The notes under the pieces were generated by a model. It saw only the letters and a program-made list of their open reading frames with translations. It searched no databases and was not told the origin of the DNA. Shown here piece after piece: positions 36,554 through 48,544 of a DNA stretch of 64,000 nt. The stretch covers positions 1,798,001-1,862,000 of the forward strand of contig LSRY02000008.1 in NCBI GenBank assembly GCA_001643675.2. The letters are read 5' to 3'. Both the position numbers and the translations under genes were made by a program. Position 1 is the first letter of the stretch. Every line of letters starts with the position of its first letter. This stretch comes from Monocercomonoides exilis PA203. Its lineage: Eukaryota; Protista; Preaxostyla.

Positions 36554-37765
36554 TCATCTTGTCCCAATCTCAATAGTTGTTGTCTCACTTTGATGATTCC
36601 CGTCCATCAGCGTTATTGTCAAGCTAATCTGAACCTCACACATCTCAAGTGCCTTCTTCACTGTCAGACAAGGAAATGCTTCATTTGCCCCACACAGCTC
36701 ATATTCATCATTTCCATTCACAGAAACATATAACGTTTTATCTTTCAACCAATCCTTCTTTTCTGTGTGTTTAAATAGCCAGCTACTTCCCGTATTATTA
36801 TATCCGTAACATACTCTCCTGCCATCTGTATTAGTTGTGTAACATTCATGAAATGGATTCCCTGAAGAGTTAAAAAGTTCATAGCGATCATAATACATCA
36901 CATCATGCCCATATGGAGTGGAGGTTGTTCTGCATTTGCATTCATGGAAGAACAAAAAATAACAATAAAATCCATCACTTGGCGCTGTTGATTGAGCAGG
37001 ATGAAACCAAAATCCTCCTCCATATGCCGATGCATTACATGATATAAACTGAATGCTCCTCATTTTAAATGCAGCAGGAACATATTGACAAAACATACCT
37101 CCGCCACTTGTGCTTGTAAGTGAGCATGAAGAAAAACTGCAGTCATACACACACGCACTCTCCCCTTCCCCATTTTCTTCCTCGATGCAGCCTGTTCCTG
37201 AAACATTAAAACTGCTAAGAAAAAGCCCTCCTCCATTATAAGCCGCTTTACAATTCTGGAATTCACACTCGCTAATCCGAACACACGATGAAATTGTCAC
37301 AACGCACATGGCTCCCCCAACATTCACTTGAGCTGAACATGAATTGAAATAGTTGCTTTCAATTTCAACCGATTTTATGTTTGCACACATGACTCCCCCT
37401 CCATCAAAGAAAGCATAACAGTCGTTGAAAGAACAGTATTTAATTGAGACAGAGGCGTTTGATTGACCATACATACAGATGGCCCCTCCATTTGAAGCCA
37501 CATCTGCATAATCATTATTTATTCCTGTTGTATTTGATCCACTCCATTCACACCAAGTGAATGAATTAGCTCCATTGAATGTTTCGTTCTGTCTGTCTGG
37601 AGTCAACTTTCCATCTGTAGTTCCAGTGCATTCAACATTTCTTGTTCTGCAACACCCAATGAATGAAGTGTTTGAAACAATTAAGGAAGCCAAGGGGTTG
37701 TTGAGGGATGGAACAATTCCTCCATCAAACACATCACAAACAGACGAAAATGAACAACTGCTCAT
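36554..37765 (-). CDS. Cassette F' (mirror of F; YW to FF change in a variable loop)
   Basis: 403 aa ORF identical to F except CYAFFDGGG versus CYAYWDGGG. Confidence 0.8.
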   Translation of the reverse strand: MSSCSFSSVCDVFDGGIVPSLNNPLASLIVSNTSFIGCCRTRNVECTGTTDGKLTPDRQNETFNGANSFTWCEWSGSNTTGINNDYADVASNGGAICMYGQSNASVSIKYCSFNDCYAFFDGGGVMCANIKSVEIESNYFNSCSAQVNVGGAMCVVTISSCVRISECEFQNCKAAYNGGGLFLSSFNVSGTGCIEEENGEGESACVYDCSFSSCSLTSTSGGGMFCQYVPAAFKMRSIQFISCNASAYGGGFWFHPAQSTAPSDGFYCYFLFFHECKCRTTSTPYGHDVMYYDRYELFNSSGNPFHECYTTNTDGRRVCYGYNNTGSSWLFKHTEKKDWLKDKTLYVSVNGNDEYELCGANEAFPCLTVKKALEMCEVQISLTITLMDGNHQSETTTIEIGTR

Positions 37766-38354
37766 CAGATAAGAGGTTTCACAAGAAATTGATTAAAATT
37801 GTTGATGTTGTTGATTTTGCAGAAATGTGGAAAAAAGGAAGCTTGGGAAGGCACATAAGGGAAATTTAGGGACCTGAGAGGAATGGGGCAGAAGACACGC
37901 AAAAAGAGGATGCGTGTTATTAACTTTCAGAAATGATTCTTTTTCCTTTGCTCATTGGCCCTATTTCCCTATTTCCTTCCCAATAGCCTGCCTCGACTTT
38001 TTGTGCAATTTTACAAATATCATAATTAGCCTATATCCCTTTTCCTTCCTTTTCGACTGTTAATAAAAGAAATCTCGTAGAAAATGAATAAAAGCTCCTT
38101 TTCTCTTCAAAAATGCATAACAAAAATTCTCCCATAGAGTTATCGATCCAGCTGTGCTGTTGATGGCCATTCAGTTTCCATCTTCTGTCAATCTTCCAAA
38201 GTGTATGTTCCCTCGTCATTTTTGGAAGGCAGCCATAAAAACGTTTTTGCTAAGCACAACCGAAAAGGAAATAACAATAAAAAATTACTTGCGCACGCAC
38301 GCGCATGCATACACACACACACAAAAAATAAAATAAAATAAAATAAAATAAAAT

Positions 38355-38411
<57 letters not shown>

Positions 38412-41400
38412 TAGTTATTCCTTTGTTATCCTTCAATCTCGCCTTTTTTTGCCGAGGCATCTTTATATCCCTCGCCTCCATCTCTTTCGTCATATCTGAC
38501 AAAAATCAAAAAGGCTGAGATAATTCCTTGTTCCAATTCGCTTCTCCAAAGATCATCCTTTTGATTGCAACCTCAAAGCGTATCGCCACAGTCTTCTTTG
38601 AACTTTCCAATATTTTTGAATCTTTCTCATTAATTTCCCTTCTCTTTCTTCCTTTCCCACTTCCTCATTATTCCCCCTTTCTCTTATCCCTTCTTCTCAT
38701 TGCTCTCCCTCCAATCTTCATCTTTGTTCCATTTCTGTTTCCCTTCTCCAAATTCAAAATCCTGCAATCTCTTCCTCAGCCCATCGAAAATCATCAATGT
38801 GCCTCATTTTTCCCGCCTTCTCCTCACAAAGCATTATCAAACAAAAATACTCTTTCATTTCCTTTGCTTTGAAATTTAGCTCATTGAATTCCTTTGGATA
38901 ATGAAACATTTTGTGCTTGCTGTAAAAGAAGAAGAAGAGGAAGAAGAAGAAGAATTAATTTGCTTGAATGTCAACAGTAGTTGTGAAGGCATGAACGTGA
39001 TTTTCCGGTGGGGATTAAACAAACAAAAACTTCATTTCTATGTTTTCCTGTTCCTAATAAGGAACCGCAGAATTATCATCATTTTTTCCCTTCGCATTGC
39101 TTGATAAATTTGCAGCTGGGGGGCATTGAGATATGCCAAGTACGCAATATAAGCTGAAGAAGAAGAAGAAGAAGAAGAAGAAGAAGATGATGATGATGAT
39201 GATGATGATAATGATGATGATGATGATGATGACGACGACGACGACGACGACGATGGTATTAGTTATTCATGAAGAAAGACGGAATGTTCAGTGAAGCAGC
39301 AGAAGACGGCTGTGAAAGAGAATTTTTTGTGCTTATTTTGTGAAGCAAATTATTCAATAGAAAAAATGAAGAGGGAAGAAGAAGGAAGAAGAAGGAAGCA
39401 ATTTCAATGATATAACCTTTGCTGAAATCCATCACCATTTTCACCACAATGTCACACAAAACATTTGTCCAATCGGAATTCTCTTCTCATTCGTTTCTCT
39501 ATCTCTTGCTGATCATATCTCGCAGTTGGGTTCTTGTTTCCCTCAAACTCTTCTATCTACTTCTTCTTTCTCCTTCTCTTTCCATCTCTCACGTCCGCCA
39601 TCTCTCTGTCTCTTCCTTCACTCGCCCTCTCCATCTTTCTCCACCTCAATCGCTACACTAACCGCCGCCTCATCCATAAAATCTCTTCCAAAAAGATTCT
39701 CTCAAAAAAATAATAATAAATAAAAATTATAATAAAAATAAATCAAGTGGAAAGAATAAGAGTCTTTCTTTAAAAAAAAAAGATATTTGATGGAAAACTC
39801 ATGTTTTATCAACAGAACAAAAAAATTGTTGGAATGAATTTTGAAAAGCCAAATATGTTTTATTGAATGAAAATCAGGAAAATCATTTTAACGACTTTTT
39901 GTTTTCAATGATTCATCATGTTTACACACATCATCATCTAAAAGAATCATGCGCATGTTCTGACTATGTTTCTATAATTTTCATTTATTCAAAAACACTC
40001 AAAACTGGTTTCATCATTTATTATTCAAAATTGAAAAACTTATTATTCGAAAATTATCATTTGAGTATTTTTGAACAAAAAATTTTTTGTGAAAAATTGC
40101 TTTTGGATGAGTGTCAGAAAGCGATGAAAATATTTGACGGTCAAAATCAGATATTATCACGTCGGCTTTTGCTCAACTTTTTGTGACTTTCCAATTGTGA
40201 TTATTTGCGATGTGACTTAACACAGAAAAAAATAGTAAATATATTATTAATTAAAAAAAAATTGGGTTTATTTTTTCATTTAAGGAAATTCTTCACAATA
40301 ACTCGTTTTATTGCATTAAAAATAATTTTTTTATTATGTTATTCAGACTTATTTTTTTATCGCATTTCTGAAAATTCGAATTTTTAAAAATTTTGGATCA
40401 AAAAATCGATTTTTCTTTGAAAATTGAACACATATCAAAACCAAATGTGATTATATGGGATATTATTTTTGAAATTATAACTTTTTCGGGGTGTTCATTT
40501 TTTAAAGGTTGTTTGTCACTGGGAAGAGATTTTGTCTGCAATTTGTGAATTTTTCACAATTGTTTAATAAATAAATCTTTTTGTTCAAATAAAGATGTTG
40601 TTGTTTTTTATAGGCCTTTTCACTCTTCAGCGTTCTTTTGTTGATATTGAAGTTTTATTTTCGATTCGAAATTTTTGTATGAAATAATATGATTTCAATA
40701 ATAATCACCCATATATATATATATATATATGAGTTATTCTTTTTGAAAAATTGCATATGTTAAATATCCAGGACAAATGAGAATGTTCCTTGTTTGATCA
40801 ATTTTTGCAAAAAAATCAATCAAGATTTTCCACAATTCACATATTCTCGCTTCATATCGATTGTTTTATTCTAATTTGCAAAGTGATAAAGTCTGATGGA
40901 TTTATCACCAAAAATTATCAAAAAGGTCAAAATTTTATATAACCCTGATATTAAACATTTGCGACTTTTCAAAAAGGATAACGCACACACATTTATATTA
41001 TCTTTCATTTGTCATATATTATTGTCACACTCAGAAAGAAAAGATAAAAGATGTGATCCACGCTCAGAGAAAAGAAATGATTAAAAAAAAAGAAATACAT
41101 CCACTTAATAATTATTTCACAGAGAATTGCTAAATCAGTGTATTAATAATAATTGTCTTTTTTTAAGAACCGAAGTGTTTTTGACAACGATTTATTTCTT
41201 TGAATGACAAAACTCGTTTTTTTCGCGTTTCTTGAGTTTTGACAATTTTTCTCTTTTCTCCATCGCTTTCATCAATTTGCACGTTTTCTGATAATTACTG
41301 TTTATTGATTGCATTCCAAAAAGGCAAATCTCACAGCTCACTCATTTTATTAAAAATTAAAAAATTAATGAATGAAAAATCGAAAAATCATTAAAACGCA

Positions 41401-41768
41401 CTTAAAGCCCCAAAACAATGATTATTGTGGATCTTTTCCAAATGCTTTTTGATTCAATGAAAAATCAAAAATCCTTTTGATAAAAAAATTTTTTTTGTTT
41501 TCCTGACCATTTGTAAAGAATTGACAAAACCAAAAATCTTCTGATACAAAATCTCAAAGCAACTTCCACTCTCCTCTCGAAAATTAAAAATAGCAAAATA
41601 TATTTCGTCATCTCAAAGAACCTTTTCAGCCACTTCAATAAATCTCTCCCCAGAATATTCATCTCAAAACACTCTCCATTTCGTGTGACTCAGCTTTCAT
41701 TGTTCGCTTTATCTTTTCTTTTCATTCCCTCTCTCACCCCACGGAACACTTTCTCTTCCCCACAATCC

Positions 41769-43346
41769 TCACAATTCTGTTTCACAAAACTGCAGCCGTG
41801 TAATATTCGTGTCTTTGATCTCCACACCAACCATCGACAGTTGTGACAGCACCACCACAAACACTGACGAAGACATCACATAGCCTCCAGTTTTACTCGT
41901 TGTGATCACAACATCCTCCAATGAGAGTGACCCACCCCCATCAGACACCACAACCACACTCGGCGAAGAAAAATCTGCTGTTGAGTTGCAATCAACCTTC
42001 ATGTGCAATAAACCAAGGTGTCCTGTCGAAACACTGAATAGAATTCCTACCGATGAAAGTGCCCCTGTTCCAATCAAACTTTTATCTTTGCCTTTCCCAA
42101 TAACTGAAATCTTCTTTTCTCCAATCTCAATTGTTGTTGCCTCGCTTTGATGATTTCCTTCCATCAGTGTGACTGACAAGCTTATCTGTATTTCACACAT
42201 CTCAAACGCCTTCTTCACTGTCAGGCACGGATTTGATTCATTTGCTCCACATGACTCTAAATTGTCATTCCCATTCACTGACACATAAATCGTCTTGTCC
42301 GTCAGCCAATCTTTCTTTTCGGTGTACTGATATGACCAGCTGTTCCCAGTATAATTGTAGGCATAGCACACTCTCTTCTCCTCTGTGTTTGTGGTATAGC
42401 ATTCTTTGAACGGACTATCTGAGTTCAAATATTTACTGTAATAATCTTCATAGTATAGGTCAGCTCCATATGGCTGATCTCTTGAACAACTGCAATTGTG
42501 AAAGAAAATGAAAAAGCAATACAGTTTATCACTTGGTAATGCATCTTTCCATGGAGCAAAACACAATCCTCCACCATGAGACGCTGCCGAACATGAAATA
42601 AATTGAATGCTTCTCATTTTAAATTCCGTCGCAGGAACATTTTTACAAAACATGCCTCCGCCAAGTGTATTTGTGATTGAGCATGAAGTGAAACTGCAGT
42701 CAAACACACACGCATTCTCATCTCCTTCATTTTCTGTCCCAATGCATCCTGTTCCTGAAACCTGAAAACTTTCAAGTTTCAAACCTCCGCCTTGACTGTT
42801 TGCTTTGCAATTCTGGAATTCGCATCCACTGATCCGAGCACATGCCGAGATCGAATAAGAGTATAATCCTCCTCCATAACTGTACCGAGCGGTGCACGAA
42901 TTGAAAAAGTTATTTACCGAAATGACTGATTTAATTGTATGGCACATGACTCCACCTCCATACGCATATGCTGTGCATCCATTGAATGAGCAATGCGAAA
43001 CATAAAGTTCTCCATTTTCCAGGCTGAACATGCGAATTGCCCCGCCATTAGAAGAATCATCAGTGTGATCATTGTTTGTTCCTGTTGTTTTCGATCCATT
43101 CCATTCACACCAAGAAAATGTATTCGCTCCATTTTCTGTTTCATTCTGTCTATCTGGCTTTATAATATTGTCTGAAGTTCCTTCACATTTCACGTTTCTT
43201 GTCCGGTAGCACCCGATGAATGATGTGTTTGAGGCAGTCAGAGAGGCAAAGGGGTTGTTCAGAGAGGGGACAATCCCGCCATCATACGCATCGAAAACAG
43301 ACCAAAATGAGCAACTATTTATAAAACTTGATACTTGGGTTGACAT
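41769..43346 (-). CDS. Cassette J (mirror position to E; mosaic)
   Basis: 525 aa ORF; C-terminal ~125 aa identical to E; internal tracts match E and G. Confidence 0.8.
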   Translation of the reverse strand: MSTQVSSFINSCSFWSVFDAYDGGIVPSLNNPFASLTASNTSFIGCYRTRNVKCEGTSDNIIKPDRQNETENGANTFSWCEWNGSKTTGTNNDHTDDSSNGGAIRMFSLENGELYVSHCSFNGCTAYAYGGGVMCHTIKSVISVNNFFNSCTARYSYGGGLYSYSISACARISGCEFQNCKANSQGGGLKLESFQVSGTGCIGTENEGDENACVFDCSFTSCSITNTLGGGMFCKNVPATEFKMRSIQFISCSAASHGGGLCFAPWKDALPSDKLYCFFIFFHNCSCSRDQPYGADLYYEDYYSKYLNSDSPFKECYTTNTEEKRVCYAYNYTGNSWSYQYTEKKDWLTDKTIYVSVNGNDNLESCGANESNPCLTVKKAFEMCEIQISLSVTLMEGNHQSEATTIEIGEKKISVIGKGKDKSLIGTGALSSVGILFSVSTGHLGLLHMKVDCNSTADFSSPSVVVVSDGGGSLSLEDVVITTSKTGGYVMSSSVFVVVLSQLSMVGVEIKDTNITRLQFCETEL

Positions 43347-44459
43347 AATTGTTGAAGGTGAATAATCTGAAGATGCTGTTGAAATGTTGAAAAATGTGAG
43401 TTTGGAGAGAGAAGCAAGAGGGATTGAGGGAGATGAAATAAATAGGGCTGATGAGACACAAAAAGAAGAGAATCATGATTCACTCGCCCACGCACTCCCT
43501 TCTCTTTTAATTTTTTGACCATATACCTGTTTTGCCTCTTTGCACAACGTTGAAATATCCTCGGAAAAGTCCAACTCTCTTTTCCTATTTTTTTCCCGTC
43601 ACTTCTGATTTGCATGTTTTCCCAAAGTCTTTTTTTCTTCTCTTGCCATTTCCTGTCTTCTTTCCAAATTCAATTTTCTCGTATTTCTCTTGAACATGCA
43701 AGGGCCCTAATATCTCCGAAAAAACAGAATATATATATATATATATAATAAATAAGAAAAATAAAACATAAAAATATGAAATTGAGCATAAATGAAAATT
43801 TTTAAAAATATAAAAAATACAAAATTTGAAATGCCATACCACTTTCTTTAATCAATCTTCTTCTTCTTCTTCTTCTCATCAAAATTTCTTTTCTCTTTCT
43901 CATATTCTTCTCTGTCGTTTTCTTCAACAATTTCATTAATTTCATGCTCTCTTTTCTGTCCCTTCCCCTCCTTCTTTCCAAAATGCCCTAAAATTCTTCA
44001 AATCCCATATTTTTCATTCGTTTCATTCATTTCTCTCTGGCTCATTCCTCTATACGCATTTCAGCTGTTCCACCTTCCTATCATTTCCAGGCACACCTCA
44101 AACCCATCTTTCCTCATTCCATATGTACAAATCGGGTAGAAATACTCTTCCAAAAAGATACTAATGCTATTTAATAAAATAAAATATTATAAAATATAAT
44201 AAAATAAAAAAATAAATAAAAAATATATTTTAAAACATATTTTTAAAGCATGAAAATACAAACCAATGCCTCTTGCTATTTCTTCTCTTCACACACTTTC
44301 TCTTTCTTCTCCAAATATCGTTCATTTCTCCGAATGCGCTTATCCCTCTCGTCTTCGCTTCCCTTCAGATCGCAAAAAAAAGGAGGAAAATAATATCATT
44401 TATCAAAGCCCAGACTTCAGTTCTGGCTTTGTTAAAAATAACTATAAAAGCCAAATTCT

Positions 44460-44960
44460 TTAAAATAGACGAAGAAAAAGACGAAGAAGGAGAAAAAAGG
44501 CGGAGAAAGAGAAGGAGGAAAAGGAGGAGGAGAAAGAGGAGGAGGAGAAAGAGGAGGAGGAGGAGGAGAAGAAGAAGGCTTGGAGGAAAATAAAGAAGTG
44601 GAAGTAAATGAAGAAAAAGAAGAAGAAGAAGAAGGCGAAAATGATAATGAACAAGAAGGAATATGTATATGCATATGTATGTATTAATTTTGATTGCTGC
44701 GACAGTGCATATGAAAACAATGAAGGAGAAGAATTCGATGAAGGAAATGAAGATGATGAAGAGGATGAAGCAGATGAAGATGATGAGGAAGAAAACGAAA
44801 AGGAACAAAAGGAACAAAAGGTAGAAAAAGAAAAGGAAGAAAAGGAAGAAAAGGAAGAAAAGGAAGAAAAGGAAGAAAAGGAAGAAAAGGAACAAAAGGA
44901 ACAAAAGGAAGAAAAGGAAGAAAAGGAAGAAAATGAAAAAGAAGAAGAAGATAAAGAAGG
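44460..44960. repeat. Purine-rich low-complexity tract with a 9-bp repeat (AAGGAAGAA / AAGGAACAA)
   Basis: Seen directly; 9-mer array at ~44800-44930. Confidence 0.85.
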
Positions 44961-45599
44961 AGAATACGATAACAGCCAAGAAGAAAATATGTGTGTGTAA
45001 CTTCATTTGTTGGAGCAGCGCAAATGACAACAATTACAGCAAACATAATGAAGAATGCAATGAGGGGGAAGAAGAAGAAGAAGAAGAAGAAGGAATTGCA
45101 GCATCAATTGAATTTTTATCTTCAGAGAATCATTTCAAAACGAAATTCGTCGTTTCTCTCTTGGCATGCTCTGACACAAAGCCAAAAGCAGCAAACAGGC
45201 TGTTTCACACAGATGACAGCCAGCCAGAAATATTCTTCGTTTGACAATTGTTTCGAGAAGGAGAGACTCAGCAGCAGGACAATGCGGCTCAAATGCATTT
45301 GGCGTTTCGACTGAAGAGGAAGCAGAAAATGGAGGAGGATGAATTCATGGCGCGGGGAAAAGAAGATGAAGACAAAGAAGAAGAAGAAGAAAAATAAAAA
45401 TTAGTTGCATTCGATGAAGAAGAAATACTTGCAGAAGGTGATGAAGGCAGAGAAGAAAAGGAAGAAAAGGAAGATGAAGATAATGATAAAGAAGGAAATA
45501 AAATTATTTATGTGCTTAGGTCGTGGAAAGAAAAACATGACAAAAATGAAGAAGAAGAAGAAGAAGAAGGCTAAGCCGAAAAAGTCGAAGAGAGAAAAG

Positions 45600-47000
45600 C
45601 AGATAAAGAAAGTGAAGGTGATGAAGGTGATGAAGGTGATGAAGGTGATAATCAAAAATGAGGAGAAAAATACACATTTTCATATCATTTGTAGGTGTTT
45701 ACGAAAACATGATGGAGATGAGACAGATAAGGCTGACGAAAACAATGAGGGTGAAGAAGAAGGGGGAGAATAGACGAAAAAGTCGAAGAAGACAATGAAG
45801 ACAATGAAGAAGACGATGAAGAAAATGAAGACGATGAAGAAAATGAAGACGATGCTATCGAGAACTCAAATAACGGATATTTTCTGGTCGAAGATGGCTT
45901 CAAAAATACCTTGTTCTCTACTCTTGTGGATAACGCGTCAACGATAGAAGGCTGAAGACAAAGGTCAAACGATAAAAGTCCATTTTGCCTATCATTTTCC
46001 TCAGTTGCTTGTATTGCGCCAAATTGTCTGTATTTCTCGTATTTTCGCCTCTCAAACCAATCAGTGAATTCCAGTTCCATCTCTCTCCTCAGTCCATAAA
46101 AGCAATGTCTTTTCATTCCCACCCCAAGAAAGGCACCTTGCTCTGTCCCAACTGCCTCCAATGTCCTGCTTCAGTCATTTGCCACAATCACCCCAACAAA
46201 TTTTTTTGTAAATATCCCCGCCATCTTCAAAGGGTGTTCCCTTTTCATAGGGATTGGACATTCTTCCTTTTTGGTCTTGGACATCTTCCAACCCCGTTGA
46301 CTTCTGCTCCATCAAAATTCATTTTTCATCGTATTTCTATCCATCACGCATGTTGAGCTCATAATAAGTCACATAAATATTTGTAACAAAATACATTCAG
46401 GCTCCAATATATTTGAAAGATAGCATTTGTCTCGCTTCATTGCTGTTCTGCTCTGCAAAGAATAAATTGTCCATTTTATATAAATCGTCTGAATCACGAC
46501 TTTGGAAAGGATACAGATGATAACATCTTCACAACAAATAGAACAATATAAAATACATACATTGAAAATTCTTCATTTCCATCGAAAATATTGTTGCTTC
46601 ACGGCCATCCAGCAATCAAAATGAACAATTTCATCTTCCATCAAACAGATATCGTTTTTGTAATATCCTCCTTTTCACTGGAAATATATCATTTAGTCAA
46701 CCTGTTCTTGTTTTAGCTTCGGAATCTGACCCCGTTGGCAGTTTCTGAGCATTTGGCAAAACTTGATCATTTTCCATAACGAATAAGAGCCACAAAAGAA
46801 AAGGAGCACAACTCGATGTGTCGTTGCTGAACGGGCATATGAAGACAATGCGATAACAAAAGGATGGATTTGTGGTGTGGGGTGATGAAGTTGAGTTTTT
46901 GGAGGAAGCAGGGTTTTGAGAGGGAATGGAACGATTAAAGGATATTTTTTTGTGGAAAGAGGCATTTTTGTGATATTTCAGAGGCAAAATGGATGCGTGG
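45600..47000 (-). pseudogene. Relic X copy 2 (inverted paralog of 2180-3500)
   Basis: ORF 46697-46987(-) matches ORF 2178-2468(+) (FVMENDQVLPNAQKL.TGSDSEAKT.TG); also NPYEKGTPFEDGGDI and EKYRQFG. Confidence 0.55.
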
Positions 47001-48326
47001 GAGATGGATTGGAATGGACTTTTGCGGGGTTGTTTTTACGATTTTTGTGAGTTGGAAGGAGTGGAAGTTGTGTTTATTGTGGAGAAATGGAATTTGTTGT
47101 GTTGAAGGTGGGGCGAGGAGGGAATAGAGGGGGGGAAGATGAGTGGGGTTAATGGAATAAGCTTATTGGAGGGGAAGATTAGAGATGGAAAGGAAATGGA
47201 GAAGAAATGGAAAAGGAATATTATTTTTTTATGTATCGAGAGGAGGAGGCACATGAGGTATGACAAGAGGGAGAGTTTTTGTGGATGTATGTTTGATAAG
47301 AAAGAGAAGTGGGGTTGAAGGGGAAAAAAAAGTGAGAGATATTTTTTTAATCTTTTTTAATTTTTTATTGAAAGGACCGTTTGGCCGCGCCTCTCATTTG
47401 CAGGACAAGTGTTGGAGGCTGAGGCGGAGGAAGACGGGAAGAAGGAACATCAGCGCTGGCACTTTGCATTGGAGGTGTGGAGGCAGAGGAAGATGAGGAG
47501 CTGACTATGGGAGGTGTTTTGCAATGGAAGGAGACGGAAAAAGGATGGAGATATTTATATTTTTTTGGTTGGAAGAAGGGGAATGGGAGATGGGGAGACA
47601 GGGACTGTGATATTTGGCGTGGTGGTATTGTTGTTGTTTTGGGGGGAAATGGAGAGAAGAAGAAGACGTTTTGCGAAAAGGGATGGGAAGGGGTTATTCA
47701 GATGGAATCTTTTTCATTACCAGTTTTTTATAGAACGGAGTTTGTGGAGGTTTTTTGAGTGGAAGCAGAACTGAGGATTTGGGTTTAAGCTAATTTTTTT
47801 GAGGAAGCAGAAGGGAAGCGTTGATGGGGCAGATGGGCTTTGTTGGCAGAACGGAGAAATATTTAGAAAAGAAGAAAGAAATCTGCGAAAGGCGATCGTT
47901 GTGAAAGATATAGGTTTGCATTTTTTTTAAAATTATTTTAATTTTTTTTCACATATTATTATTTATGAAATTAGGATTTTTGCAAGAATGTTCAACGACA
48001 GTGAATGAACAAGGAATATGTCAAGAGGGGATATTGGATGCATTAAAAGAAGTCAGGATATGACAATTGCAGAACGTAGAGTGAAATGAGCTGGACGAAA
48101 TATCAAGGAAAGGAAAAGAGAAGATATATTTTTATTTGAAGGTTTTGGAAGGCATATCGGGAGAATCTTGTTAAAAGCCGAAAATGAGATCAAGGAATTG
48201 ATGATACAGCAGAAGAAGAAATTTGGCAAATGTTTGAGAAGAAGAAAAAGAAGCGGAAGTTGGAGCAGAAGATAGGGAAAAGAAAATGAGATGAAGAAGG
48301 AAAACAAGAGGAATTGGAAGAATGAA

Positions 48327-48357
<31 letters not shown>

Positions 48358-48544
48358 AATGAAAGGATTCTTTCATACGTATTCAACAGGAATGGATGGG
48401 AATGGAATAAGATTAAGAGACAGATGATGGCCATCCAAAAAAGAGATTATTGGGAAAGCATTCCAATCAGAAGGGGAAGAAGAGATAGAAAAATGTGAAT
48501 TCAAGCTCAATACATAGCGCAAAGAGGCGTAGGGAAGGGGGAGA

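Larger units (their letters stand above)
22417..42147. repeat. Giant palindrome: arms 22417-32210 and 32358-42147, spacer 32211-32357
   Basis: Mirror ORFs have constant coordinate sums (26803+37765 = 29349+35219 = 64568; 22795+41769 = 64564); boundaries read from the sequence. Confidence 0.97.

Noticed and set aside
44273-45773. Poly-E/K/R and poly-F/L ORFs
   Set aside because: Products of GAA-rich low-complexity sequence.
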